A stretch of DNA of 63,981 nucleotides, the filler included, from Malassezia furfur (lineage: Eukaryota), in assembly GCA_052055015.1 (NCBI GenBank). It is 6 parts of 6 records of this genome, joined end to end, with 100 filler letters (N's around TTAATTAATTAA, not from the genome) between each part and the next. Parts side by side here need not be neighbours in the genome. Positions count along the whole stretch, not along the records: positions 22,081 to 32,963 come from JBQJIT010000380.1; positions 33,064 to 43,937 come from JBQJIT010000381.1; 4 more parts are not named here. One strand, 5' to 3'. Below, in pieces: positions 22,081-33,103 of this stretch (positions are counted from its first letter, which is position 1; the number at the start of each line of letters is the position of its first letter). The translations under genes were made by a program, and so were the position numbers. Under the pieces are notes generated by a model. It ran no database searches. It had not been told where the DNA came from and saw only the letters and a list, made by a program, of their open reading frames with translations.

Positions 22081-24312
22081 GCTGCTGGGCCGGGCCAGGG
22101 GCTCGACGGGGGTATGTGTGCGAGAGGTCTCAGTCGCAGGGCTGGCAGCCTTGGCCACGGCGGGCTTTGGCGGCGTGGAGGGGCTTTGCATGGCCGTTGC
22201 GGGGATGGGCGCAGGCTCGGCCCTGGGTATCGGTGGTGGAGAGGAGGCATCTTGGAACTCCGTGGGCGGGGTGGCAGACCGCTTGCGTGGGGCCGTCGAT
22301 GGTGGCGGAGAAGATGGTACAGGCACTTGCGCTGCCACTGGCTCGGGCGGCGGCTTGGCATCCAGCGCGGCGCCTTCGCTGGTCGGCGGTTCGGCCCGCA
22401 TCGGCGGTTCGGGCCGTTCCGCGGGGGGTATGGTGGGCGGTGCAGGGCGCTTGGCGATGCTCTCTTTGGAGGGGCTAGGTGTCATTTGGTGCGCCGGCAC
22501 ACGTTCCCTCGCTCCTGGCCCCTTGACCGCCTCGTCGTGCTGAAGTGGGGTATCCTGTGACGTGGGCTTCGGGGGAAGGAGGTCGTGCATCGAGCGCTCC
22601 GCCTTGACCTTGGGCATCGCTGCACCCTCCCATGGGGTATCTTGGGGCTTGGCAAGGGACACGGGGGCAGGTTGTGTCGAGCTCGCCTGCTCCGCCGCCT
22701 TGGGCTCTTCAGACGCCTCCCGGAGCTGCGGAGGTGGCACCGTGCTGGGCAGCTCGGGCGTGGAGCTGTGCTCAGCGCCGTGCGTGGCATCGGCGGGGAC
22801 GTCGACGGCAGGCGCTGCGTCCCCCTGCGGAATCGCCACGTCCTCCCACTCGTCATCGGAGGCGTCGTGTGCCAGACCAACATCCTCGTCGCTCTCCACC
22901 GCCACTGGACGCCGTGCGGCTTTTCGGCGGAGCGCTTCGCTGATCGGCGGCGCAGGCACCTCGACGACCTCGTCATCAGGCGCCTCGCGAAACAGCGTCG
23001 AGGGCGCATGCGGACGCGCCCGCCCGTACATGCGCTCCTCGCGTGCCTCGGCACCCGACTCGGTATGCTTCTGACGGCGGTGGTGCTCGGCACGTGCGCC
23101 CAGCAGCTGGAGCGCTCGTTCCTTGCGCACCACCGGATCGCTCTCCAGGTGCACGAGCGCGTCGAGCTCTGGGTCGGGCGCGGGCGCCACGTCGGGTATC
23201 TCGACATCTTCCAGCGCAAGCGCGTCCAGATCGTCGTCGTCGTCAATGTGGGCCAGCGGCGCCCGGCGGCGCTCCTGCTCGTCGACGTCGATCGCCTTGT
23301 CTTGCGACGTGCCGGCATCGCGCGTACCGAGCGCCCACCCGCCATCGCCCTCGTCGAGGTGCACGAGGACGTACTCACGGTTGCGCGCGCCAGCGACACG
23401 CACGGGCACCTGGATGTGTGCACTGCTAATCTCGTCGGTGACGGTGAGCACCTTTTGCGTGAGGTCATTGCGCGTACGCAGCCCGGCGATCTGCGCGCGC
23501 GAAAAGTCGATGGGCGTCGGGGCAGCGGCGAGCATGTCCTGTAGGCGCTGGTACGAGGTCGTACGCGACTGGGCGCGCAAGTCGCCCACGAGCTCGTACT
23601 GCAGCTCCGGCGGCAGGCTGCGGAACAGCTCCGAGTTGGTGTCGAGGTCATCGGGCGCGAGCTTGTTCATCAGCGCACGCAGCTCGCTCTCGGTCGCGAG
23701 ACGCAAGTCTTGCTTGCGTGCCGTATCTCCCGGTAGCGGCTCCTCGAGCGCGGGCAGCTGGTAAGGATCCTTATGGTAGTCCTTGCGTTTGGGTTTCTCG
23801 GACGCAACGGGCGCCTCGTTCAGCCGGCCGGACACCTGCGGGCGGTTGGTGCGCCCAACACTGTCGTAGTACACTGTGTTGTCCTCGAGCCCCTCGTCGT
23901 GCTCGGGCGCGGGACCATGGACGTGCGCCAGCGCCGCCTGACGCAGCTGGGCGGCGAGCAGCTTTTCGGCGGCACGTGCGTGCGATTCGACCGCATGCGT
24001 CTTACGCTGCTTGCGGTTCGCGAGCGTGCGCCGCTTCTGCACCGGCGCACCGCCGTCAAACACGAATACGGGGCGGATGCCGTAGAAGAGCAGCTTGAGG
24101 ATGCGCCACAGGAAGCCAAGCAGGTGCGCATTGGCCAACGTGCGACCCTCCTTGTCGCGCATCGCCATCTGGAAATGGTACAGCCAGATCGACGAGTCGA
24201 TCGCCAGCCGCTTGCCCTGGAGCGACTCGAGCCTGGGTCAGCGCGCCTTCTCTACGTACGTCACCGGCCGCGCCGTGGGCTGCAGCAGCTGCCACAGTCC
24301 CTGGACTCCCAT
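22081..24312 (-). CDS. RAD2: XPG/Rad2 structure-specific endonuclease, 3'-truncated
   Basis: MGVQGLWQLL, then intron 24233-24259 (27 nt, in-frame stop), then LESLQGKRLAIDSSIWLYHF..KLLFYGIRPVFVFDGGAP (XPG-N domain). Confidence 0.95.
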
Positions 24313-24350
24313 GGTGGCGTGGAGGCTGACTCAGCACGCTCGACCCCACG

Positions 24351-27300
24351 ATGACCCTCGTTGTGAACGCGGCGCTGGGCGTGCTGGGCCTCATGGTCCT
24401 GCGCCTCGGCGTGTGGGCAACTGTGCTCACCACGGCACTTGTCGTGCTCATGCTTTGTCACCCGATGGTACACACGTTCCTCGAGGTCACGGTGCCGAAC
24501 CGCCTCGTGTCTGACCAAAGCACCGCACGGGACGAGGCGCATGTGCGCGCGCTGCAGGGACGCCTTACGCACCTCGCCCAGCAGCCCAAACACACGCTGC
24601 AGGGACAGGGGCGCATGGGCCTCGATAGCGTGCCCGACGAGCTGCGCCCCGAGCTCACGCAGCTCCTCGCGCTCATCCAGCGCGACTTTATCCAGTACTG
24701 GTACGACCCTCTCACGTTGGGCGACACCACCTTCCCACGCGAGGCGATCGGCAGCTTGGAGCACCTCATTTCGCAGGTATCGCTGCGTCTCGAGCAGTTC
24801 CGCCGCGCCAACGTCGCGACCGAGCTATCGCTCACGGTGCTGTCGGTGCTCGTTGCGGCGCTGCGTCGGCGGCGCACGGCGCACGGCGCCGAATCAGCTG
24901 GCGCCGTGCCCGGCGCCGCCGAGACGCTCGGTCCGGGGCTGTGGAAGAGCTCGGCGGAGCGCATTGAGAGCTTGCGTGCGTCGATCTCGACGCTGCTCTT
25001 GCAGAGTCTGCCGTACGAAGACCGCAAATCGCCCGCCCTCGTCCAGCTGCTCACAGAAGTGTTGACGAAGCAGGCCTGGGAGACGATCCAGTCGCAGAGC
25101 GACCCGGATGTGCTCAACCAATACATTGTACAGTACGGGCAAAAATCGGCCGGCACCGCCATCACCGCTATGGCACTCGGCGAGGTGCCCGACGACGTCG
25201 AGGCAGCAGCGCAGCGTAGCGCCGATAACATGCTGCACTCGGCGCCGGACCTCGCGTCATCGGTGACCTCGACGCTCGGGTCGGCCGTCGCTGTCTCGGC
25301 GCCAGCCGTCGCGGGCGCCGCCGAGCAAACGGCAGGGGTGCTGCAAGAGGCATATGCGGCGCTCGCGGGCGCCGTGGTCGGCGACGAGGCAAGTCTGCCG
25401 CAGGATGCGTCTGCGGCACAGCAGGCGGGCACGGCGCCAGCGGTGGAGCAGCGTGCTGAGACCCGTCCTGCCGCGGCCGCCGCGCAGCCCAAGGCTGCGG
25501 CCAAGACCGAAGGAAAGGCCGAGACGCACGACCCGCGCGCGGCGGCGCCCACCGAAACACCCAGCGCTCTTCGCCCTGCGGCGCAGGCTGAGGCGCCGGG
25601 CAAGGCGCCCTCGACGGCGGCCCCGCCGGCGCTTCCTAAGCGCACCACTGCTAATGACGCTCCGCGCCCTGCGGACACGTCGACGCCTGCGACTACCGAC
25701 ACGTCGCGTGCGTCGTCACCTACAAAGCCTTCGCGCGCGCCGCTCGCGGCCGCCCCTCCCGTCTCACCGCGGCCCGCGTCGACGCCCGTCGATGCTCAGG
25801 ATAAGGTGCGCGACCTTTTGTCGATGGACGACGACACGACGAATCCGTGGAGCACCGACCCTGCCCCGGCGGCTCCGCCCAAAACCGCTTCGAGTCTTGC
25901 ATCGGGGCCGCACCAAGGCGCGCTCATCGACGCCCACCTGCTGGACCTTGATAACGAGCTGGACGAGGCGCCGCGTGCGCGGCCGATGGACATCCCGAAA
26001 GAGATGCGCGAGCCGCCGCTGCCGCAGAGCCTAAAGCAGAGCAAGTACGACGCGCCGCTTGCCTACGAGCCGCGGCGGAGCCATTCGCCGCGCCCGGTGG
26101 CGATCGGCGACGTGCTCGCGAGCCGCGACCCCGAGCAGCTTGATCCGTTTGAGAGCTACGTGGCGAGCATCGATGGCGCGCATGTCGCACAGCGCCGGCG
26201 CCCCGAAGGCGCGGTGCTGATGCAGCTGCATGCGAACCTCGACGCGCTCGCACGCACCGCGGACCACCATTCGACGACCCCGGAGCTGTTTGAGAGCGAT
26301 GTGCGTGCAATCCTGCAGCATGCACTCGACATGCTGCCCGAGCACGAGACGCCGCCTGCGACGCGCAACGCCCATGTGCGCCCGGCGATCCGCGCGGCGC
26401 TCGACCGCCCATTGACAACGCCGGCGTCGATGAGCAGCGTACAGCAGGTCGTTCTTGCGCGACTGCAGCAGCTGTGGGACGCGTACGTTGCGCACACCGC
26501 GCCGCGCCGGTTTGCGTACGAGCCACGGCGCCCGCCGTCTCGTACGTCGTCGAGCACGGGCGTGGCGCGTGTGCGTTCGCCGGAGCTGCAGCGCAACGTC
26601 GCAAGCACCGAGGGCATCACGACCATCTCGGTGGTCGACGTGAGTGCGAATTCGGAGCGGGTGGGCCCGATCGACGTGCGCACGCTGCAGGTGCTCATTT
26701 CGATCGAGGACATGGCCAGCAACACGGGCGGCTACGTCCTGCTCCGTTCCTGGGCGCAGTTTGAGGCGCTGCACGCCGAGCTCGAGCGTATGTACGCACA
26801 GCGTCCGGCCGACACGGTACTGAGCGCACCGCCGCCGCCGCTGCCGTCGCTGCGCGGCAAGTCGAGCCCGGCGGCATGCGAGGCGCTGCAGGCGTACCTC
26901 ACCGCGCTGCTTGTGCCGAAGAACGGCGCGGTGACTTGGTACAGCACGACGCAGGCAGTCCAGCGCTTCATCGACAAGACACGCGCCGAGGACGAGCCGC
27001 TGCGCAAAAACTCCAACTTGATATCGAGCATCGGCGACGTGGGACGCAGCTTCGCGAGCGGCGTCACCAGCGCCGCGGGGTCGGCGCGCAAGGGCCTCGG
27101 CCAAGGCATCGGGCAGATCGGGGCGGTCGCGCCGTCCGCAGCCAATGCGCCTGCGCGCATCGGCACGGGGCTGTCGCGCGGCCTGTTCGGCGCCAAGGAG
27201 CCGCGCAGCGGTGGCGCCCTTGCGTCGCCTGTGTCGTCGACGCGGTCGTCGTTCGACGACCGCTCGCTGCTGGACGCCAGCACGGAGCTGCCCAAGCCGC

Positions 27301-28169
27301 CGCTTCCCGCACGCTCGCGCACGAGCCAGCCGCTCGAGCACCACGACGCGACCAGCGACAGCGGACGAGGCACAGCGTCCGACTCAGAAAAGGCACCACG
27401 CCCCGAGGCGCGCAGCCAAGCCGAGGCTCCCGGCACTGCCGAGTCGCGCAGCTCGTCTGAAACGCGCGACACGTCGGCGGCGCCTGCACCCAAGCGCACG
27501 CAGTCTGCTGACGCCGCCAAGCCGGTGCCCACCCTGCCGCCGCGTAAATCGAGCGACGCGCCGGGCGATAAGCCGAGCAAGCCGAGCGGCAAGTCGAGCG
27601 ACAAGCCCAAAAAGGCTGAGGCGGCAAGCGCGACACCGTCCGCTGCCGAGGAGGCCGAAAACCTGACGCCCCAGGACATTGACGCACTGCTCACCGCCGT
27701 CTTTGCCGTGGTGCACGAGGCGTTCAACCTGCAAGGCGCGTGGACACTGCGGCGCGGTCTGCTGCGTGTGCTAGAGCAGGTCGTGCGTACGACGTACAGC
27801 ACGAGCGTCGTGAGTACGCTCGTGTACTTCTCGTCGACGCTCACGCTCCCTGCGCTCGCATCATGGCTCGAGGTGTTGCGCACGACGCTCTGGCCGAACG
27901 GCGTGTGGAAGAGCGAGGGAGCGCCGCCGCGCACCGCCGCAGAGAAGCAGGCGACCGCGGCCGAGGCGCACGAGATCGTGTTGAGCTACACGCCAACCCA
28001 GGCCGCGTATGCGATCGGAATGGGCGGCAAGCAGACGTGTATGGACGCGCTCGCAACCGTACACGAGGTGGTCACCGACCCCGTCGTGTCGCTCGACCTC
28101 CACCTGGCGCTCGTGCTGCGCGTGTTGGACTTGGCCATGGGCACGGCATCGGGCGATCGGGGTTTGTAG
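24351..28169 (+). CDS. PXA / PX / nexin-C domain sorting-nexin-like membrane protein (Mdm1/SNX13-like architecture)
   Basis: N-terminal TM segments; PXA-like LIQRDFIQYWY; PX-like LLRSWAQFEALHAEL..PPLP..LQAYL; nexin-C-like WTLRRGLL..LWPNG. Confidence 0.75.
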   Translation: MTLVVNAALGVLGLMVLRLGVWATVLTTALVVLMLCHPMVHTFLEVTVPNRLVSDQSTARDEAHVRALQGRLTHLAQQPKHTLQGQGRMGLDSVPDELRPELTQLLALIQRDFIQYWYDPLTLGDTTFPREAIGSLEHLISQVSLRLEQFRRANVATELSLTVLSVLVAALRRRRTAHGAESAGAVPGAAETLGPGLWKSSAERIESLRASISTLLLQSLPYEDRKSPALVQLLTEVLTKQAWETIQSQSDPDVLNQYIVQYGQKSAGTAITAMALGEVPDDVEAAAQRSADNMLHSAPDLASSVTSTLGSAVAVSAPAVAGAAEQTAGVLQEAYAALAGAVVGDEASLPQDASAAQQAGTAPAVEQRAETRPAAAAAQPKAAAKTEGKAETHDPRAAAPTETPSALRPAAQAEAPGKAPSTAAPPALPKRTTANDAPRPADTSTPATTDTSRASSPTKPSRAPLAAAPPVSPRPASTPVDAQDKVRDLLSMDDDTTNPWSTDPAPAAPPKTASSLASGPHQGALIDAHLLDLDNELDEAPRARPMDIPKEMREPPLPQSLKQSKYDAPLAYEPRRSHSPRPVAIGDVLASRDPEQLDPFESYVASIDGAHVAQRRRPEGAVLMQLHANLDALARTADHHSTTPELFESDVRAILQHALDMLPEHETPPATRNAHVRPAIRAALDRPLTTPASMSSVQQVVLARLQQLWDAYVAHTAPRRFAYEPRRPPSRTSSSTGVARVRSPELQRNVASTEGITTISVVDVSANSERVGPIDVRTLQVLISIEDMASNTGGYVLLRSWAQFEALHAELERMYAQRPADTVLSAPPPPLPSLRGKSSPAACEALQAYLTALLVPKNGAVTWYSTTQAVQRFIDKTRAEDEPLRKNSNLISSIGDVGRSFASGVTSAAGSARKGLGQGIGQIGAVAPSAANAPARIGTGLSRGLFGAKEPRSGGALASPVSSTRSSFDDRSLLDASTELPKPPLPARSRTSQPLEHHDATSDSGRGTASDSEKAPRPEARSQAEAPGTAESRSSSETRDTSAAPAPKRTQSADAAKPVPTLPPRKSSDAPGDKPSKPSGKSSDKPKKAEAASATPSAAEEAENLTPQDIDALLTAVFAVVHEAFNLQGAWTLRRGLLRVLEQVVRTTYSTSVVSTLVYFSSTLTLPALASWLEVLRTTLWPNGVWKSEGAPPRTAAEKQATAAEAHEIVLSYTPTQAAYAIGMGGKQTCMDALATVHEVVTDPVVSLDLHLALVLRVLDLAMGTASGDRGL

Positions 28170-28177
28170 GCACGACG

Positions 28178-28715
28178 ATGAGCAGCGACGCGGTGCGCAC
28201 CGAGGGGTTTGTGTCGCACGCGTTTGCGCCGCAGGCCGAGTTCTTAGACAACACCGAGACGAACCGTGCGCGTCCGCTCACCGATGCGGTGATTACCGTG
28301 CGGGTAATCAAGAGCTTTGAGTATCGCACCATGAAGCCGCTCGTCCTGCACGTCGACCTGACGCAGACCAACGCCGTGCAGCTGCGCACGCGGTGCCTCG
28401 AGACGGTGCGCACGCAGCCGGCATTCAAGGCATACCGCAGTGTTGCGGACAAGCTCGGTAGGTGTACCACTGACCCAGACACGCTCAAGCTGTACACGCG
28501 CGCGCACGGTGCCAAGACGACCAACCTCATTATCAACCTGGACCACCCCGAGTGGATCCTGCAAAACGACGACAACGGCCCGCCGCTCGCGGAGCTGGGC
28601 ATCGGTACGTAACGCCGCTGACCCAGAAAACGAAACGGAGCTCTCGCTGTTCAACCGCGAGGCCTACGACGCGTTCCTGGCGAACCCCCAGACGCGGTGG
28701 GATGCTTCGGGATAG
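28178..28715 (+). CDS. AIM29: DUF2340/UPF0538 ubiquitin-like protein (Aim29/C2orf76)
   Basis: ITVRVIKSFEYRT. Introns 28458-28478 (21 nt) and 28605-28626 (22 nt) give DTLKLYTRAHGAKTTNLIINLD and GIENETELSLFNREAYDAFLANP..W. Confidence 0.88.
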
Positions 28716-28719
28716 GTAG

Positions 28720-30563
28720 CTATGTAGCGGGGCGCGCGATCAGCTCGCGCACGCCCGCGTCCGCACACACGTTGCGGAACAGACGGCGCCACTCGAGCGG
28801 GTTGCCCTTGCTGCGGCGCATCAACACAAAGCTTGGCGCGGTGCGCTTGGCGGCATGCGCAAGCTCGGGGGGCAGCTCGGCGAGACGCTCGATGCGGATC
28901 TCGCCCTTGAGCGCACACTTGCGCCGGTCGACAAGCCCAAGGCGGATGCGCACACCGCGTGCACCCGCAAGCGGCTGCGACGGCCGCGTCTCGCCGTCGG
29001 TGCCGAGCTCCATGTCCTCGTACGCCTCCTGCAGCTCCGTGTCTTGCCCCAGCGGCTCCACACTGAATTGCGCCTTTTGCCGCTCGAGCGCCGCGGTGAG
29101 CGCCGCAGCGACGTGCGGCGGCTCGTCGCCTGAGTAGAAGCGTGTGAGGTGCACGGCCATGGCGGTGCCATACGGTACGGCACTCGACTGCGTCTGGGTA
29201 AGGGACACCACGTACCAAGTAGCCCAGCGCCTGCGTAAACTCCGCGGCGTGGTCCTCCAGCTGCGTTGCGGACGGGCGCGCAAACTGTGACGCCGCGAGC
29301 CCTCGGCGGGGGTGCAGCGCCGGCTGTGCGGTCGACGAGGGCATGGCGTCGTCGCGCCCGAGGCCCAGAGAGCGCGACTGCATCGCTTCCGGCTGCGAGA
29401 GCGACACGCTGGGTGAGCGGGCGACGTACTTCTCCGGCACCGGCGCGCGCTGGCCATCGCTGTGGAGCGCAAGCTGTACATCGCCCGAAACAATGAGGCC
29501 CTGTAACAGGCGCTCGGCAAGCGACACGGGGTCGTTGCACTTGCCCGACGTCAGCAGCGCATTGGACCGCGTGAACCAGCGGTGCCGCTGGATCTGCTCA
29601 AGCGACGAGCGGCGCTTGGGATCGGGGTGCATCATGCGGCGGAGCAGCGCTGCGTGAGTGCGATGCAAAACGTACACAGTGCGTCGCCGCCGATCCGTGT
29701 CCATGGGTCCATACGCAGCAGCTCCCCCGAGAGGTACGCGCGGTACTCGGGGCTCCGACTGGTCGGCTCGTCCCACGGCGTGTCTGTGTGAGCGGGATGA
29801 CGTACTGCCCACGAGCAGCGCAAAGAGCACCACGCCCGAGCTCCATACGTCCACGGGCTCGCCGTGGTAGGGCTGCCCATTCATCTCGGGCGCAATGTAC
29901 GGCAGGGAGCCGCAGGTGCCGTGCAAGGTGCGTTCCTTGCCCTTGTATTTATACACGCTGCACAGCCCAAAGTCGGCGATCTTGAGGTTGCCCTGTGCAT
30001 CGAGCAGCATGTTTTCCGGCTTGATGTCGCGGTGGGTCACGCCCTGGGTATGGATGTAGGTCTGGGTCAGTGCGAGCGACGTACGAGGCCGGAAATGAGC
30101 TGGGTGAAGTAGAAATGCGCGAGGTCCTCATCCACGCCGACGTCGGGAGCTGGGACGTAAGCATTGCACGTACCAATCTTGTCAAACAGGTCGCCGCCCG
30201 CGCCGAGCTCGAGCAGGATGTAGAGGCCGCGCACATAGTTGCTTGGTGCGGCGGACGACGCGGTGTACTCGACGCTGCCGAGGAACTCGAGCACGTTGCG
30301 GTGCTTGAGAATGCTGTGGATCTGCACCTCCTTTTGGAGCGCGCGGCGGTCAACCGGCTGGCGGTGCGACGTCGACGCGTACGACACGACCTTGACCGCC
30401 GCCTGGGGGTGCTCGGCGGACTGGGGATTCACTGCGCGAAACACGCTAAGGTCAGCTGGCGCACGTACCGCGAGAACCCGCCGCCGCCGAGCAGCTGGAC
30501 GATCTGATAGCCCAGCACCGCGGGGTACGACTGCCCCGTGGACGACGTGGGGCGCGTCGCCAT
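28720..30563 (-). CDS. CHK1: Checkpoint kinase 1
   Basis: Seven introns: 30446-30468, 30150-30173, 30062-30084, 29784-29805, 29650-29675, 29409-29429, 29194-29215 (21-26 nt). Spliced protein has GGGGFSRVF, GDLFDKIAPDVG, HRDIKPEN, ADFG, GNTPWDEP, SLSQP, LTRFYS and SKGNPLEWRRLF. Confidence 0.93.
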
Positions 30564-30637
30564 CTTCGTGGTGTGTTGGTTGCCCTCCACTGCATACTTC
30601 CCCAACCACCACGGGCCCCCTCCCAGGTGCGTGAACG

Positions 30638-31618
30638 ATGCCGCCGGAGCCGGGGGAAGCGGCGCCCACAGCGGGCGCCGACGCGCCCGACGAGGACATG
30701 CAGGCCGCATCGCGCGCGAGTGCGCATCTGCCGTCGCTCGAGGCGCTCGTGCACCAGCGGCGGCGGCCCCAACAACAGGATACCCCCAAGGCCGACGGCG
30801 CGCGCCCCGCGTCGCCCTCCGCGTCGCCCGCGCCGGCTCCGTCGGGCCGCGCGGCACACGACAAGGGCCATGATGAAAAAGCAGGCGGCAAAGCGCCTGC
30901 TGCCGTGCCACGCGGCCCCTCGAGCGTGATCCAGCAGACACCCAAGGTGCTGGTGCTCGACCTGGACGAAACGCTGATCCACTCCAAGCTGCGCTCGGGC
31001 GGGCGCTGGAGCATGCTGGGCGGCGGGGCCGCGTATGGCACGCACCTGGCCAGCCCCGAGGCGGTGGGCACCCGCAGCGCGAGCCGTCTGCTGAGTTTTC
31101 TGGGCCTCGGCACCGGCACACGGTCCAATGCGGCGCCGCTCGCGACGTCAGCGCACGCGCGGCTGCAGCCGACGGTGATCGAGGTGTCGATCGATGGGCG
31201 GAGTGTATATTACCAGGTGTACAAGCGGCCATGGGTCGACTACTTCCTCCGCAAGGTCGCGTCGTGGTACCAGGTGGTGATCTTCACCGCCTCGATGCAG
31301 GAGTACGCCGACCCCGTGATCGACTGGCTCGATGGCGGGCAGGGACTGATCAGCGGGCGACTGTTCCGCGAGTCGTGCACGCTACGCGACGGCTCCTACA
31401 TGAAGGACCTGACCGTGGTCGATGCGGATCTGCGGCGTGTGTGTCTCGTCGACAACTCCCCGATCAGCTACGTGCTGCAGGAGGCCAACGGCATCCCTGT
31501 CGAGGGCTGGACGCACGACCCCAATGACGTCGCGCTCCTCGACCTGCTCCCGATCCTCGACGGGCTGCGGTACGCGACGGACGTCCGACATATCCTAGGC
31601 CTGCGCGGATTTCTATAG
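30638..31618 (+). CDS. NEM1: NIF/SCP-family HAD phosphatase, Nem1/CTDNEP1-like
   Basis: LVLDLDETLIHS, VYKRPWVDYFLRKV, FTASMQEYADPVIDWLD, VDNSPISY. Confidence 0.88.
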   Translation: MPPEPGEAAPTAGADAPDEDMQAASRASAHLPSLEALVHQRRRPQQQDTPKADGARPASPSASPAPAPSGRAAHDKGHDEKAGGKAPAAVPRGPSSVIQQTPKVLVLDLDETLIHSKLRSGGRWSMLGGGAAYGTHLASPEAVGTRSASRLLSFLGLGTGTRSNAAPLATSAHARLQPTVIEVSIDGRSVYYQVYKRPWVDYFLRKVASWYQVVIFTASMQEYADPVIDWLDGGQGLISGRLFRESCTLRDGSYMKDLTVVDADLRRVCLVDNSPISYVLQEANGIPVEGWTHDPNDVALLDLLPILDGLRYATDVRHILGLRGFL

Positions 31619-31620
31619 CC

Positions 31621-32963
31621 CTATGCCTTGTTCTTTTGTTCGTCGATATACTGCTGCACCCTCGCCAGGCGTGCCTTGCGGCGCTCGGCCAACACCGCGA
31701 GGATGTTGCCGTGGCGCGCGGTCGGGATCGAGCCCGAGCGTGTGAGCAGCTGCGCAGTGGGCTTCGCGCCAGGCTGCACGTCGGGCGCGCCAGCGTTCTG
31801 GTAGGCGTAGTTGCGGTCGATCGCGTCCGACAGGCCGCGGATGCTCTTGCGCGCGCGCCAGCGGCGGCCCTTGGTCATCTTGAGCATCATGCGGCGCTCC
31901 TCGTACATCATCTCCTGCGAGAAGAGATGCGTGCGCAGGAAGTCCTTGGAGAGGCCGGGGAACACAAACGGCTCGAGAAGGCCGACCTCGACCTTCTTGA
32001 AGGTGCGGTCGCGGCCGTACGTCCGGCGCATCTTGTGCACGTTGAACACCACGCGCGAGCGGTACACCATCGAGCGTGCCCACGTCGTGCGCAGACCGTA
32101 CACGGCAAGCAGGAAGGAGCGCAGCGTGTGTTTGTGCACGTTGAGCGGCACACGGAACGTCGCCTTCCACGGGTCGTACGCTTGGCCGGCCGGCGTGTAG
32201 TTGCGCACAAAGCGCACGGGGAAGTTGGGCAAAAACTGCAGCTGCCCAGCACGCTGCGGCTCGGCGTACCAGCGCGGCGCCACGCTGCCCAGCACGCGCG
32301 TCGTTGGCGCATCGTCCACGTACACCATCGACCGGTCGCGCTGCTGCCACGCAGTGTCCCACTCAGCACGGCGCTCCTCGGGCGTGAGCGCCTCCCACGC
32401 CTCCCACGCACGCGCTGCCTCGTCCGCCTGCAGCCGCCGCCACGCCGCCGAGTCGGCACGCGCGCGCGGCGGGGCCGCGGCGGGCGAACCAGGGTAGCCC
32501 GCCGAGAAGCCGGCGCGCCAGCCGAGCTTGCGCACGCTGTCGAACGCGGCACGCAGCAGCGCCGCGTCGCGCGCCTCGGCGGGCATCTGCTGCCACACGG
32601 GGAGCAGGAGCAGGTCGGCCTGCTCCTGGATATCCATGGACTCGAGCTCCTCGAGCGTGCACCGACCGACGTCGCCGGCCTCGAGCGAGGTGCGCAGCGT
32701 CGCGAGCTCCCGATCGAGAAACGCATCGAGCGTATCGTATCCCACACGCTTCAAGTCCGCGTCGCTCGGAAGCCAGCCGCGGCTGCGTGCCGTGCGGTAG
32801 GCACGCGCGCGCGCGAGCTCCGTCGCAAGCCACGCGGGCGGCGCAGCGGTGGGCGGCGCGCTCGCGAGGAACGACTCGAGCTCCACGCGCGCGCTCGGCT
32901 CCAGGTAGTGCCAGCGCAGCAGCTTGCGGGCCTGCGCGTGGGCATCCGGCGCGGCACTCGCCG
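31621..32963 (-). CDS. MRP20: Mitochondrial ribosomal protein uL23m with a long N-terminal extension, 5'-truncated
   Basis: FLPNFPVRFVR..ATFRVPLNVHKHTLRSFLLAVYGL..FKKVEVGLLEPFVFP. Frame stays open to the contig edge. Confidence 0.8.
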
Positions 32964-33063
32964 NNNNNNNNNNNNNNNNNNNNNNNNNNNNNNNNNNNNN
33001 NNNNNNNTTAATTAATTAANNNNNNNNNNNNNNNNNNNNNNNNNNNNNNNNNNNNNNNNNNNN
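32964..33063. other. Artificial contig-joining linker
   Basis: N44-TTAATTAATTAA-N44. Confidence 0.98.
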
Positions 33064-33103
33064 GCAGCTGCGCACGGAGCACCGTGAAGCCGCCGAGCAG
33101 ACC
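33064..33103 (+). repeat. 40-bp direct repeat identical to 33835-33874
   Basis: GCAGCTGCGCACGGAGCACCGTGAAGCCGCCGAGCAGACC occurs at both positions, 771 bp apart. Confidence 0.92.

Noticed and set aside
28720..30563. Fragmented CHK1, RPB4, cyanase and NBS1 ORFs read as pseudogenes or programmed frameshifts
   Set aside because: Each break coincides with a GT..branch..AG micro-intron whose removal restores the frame.
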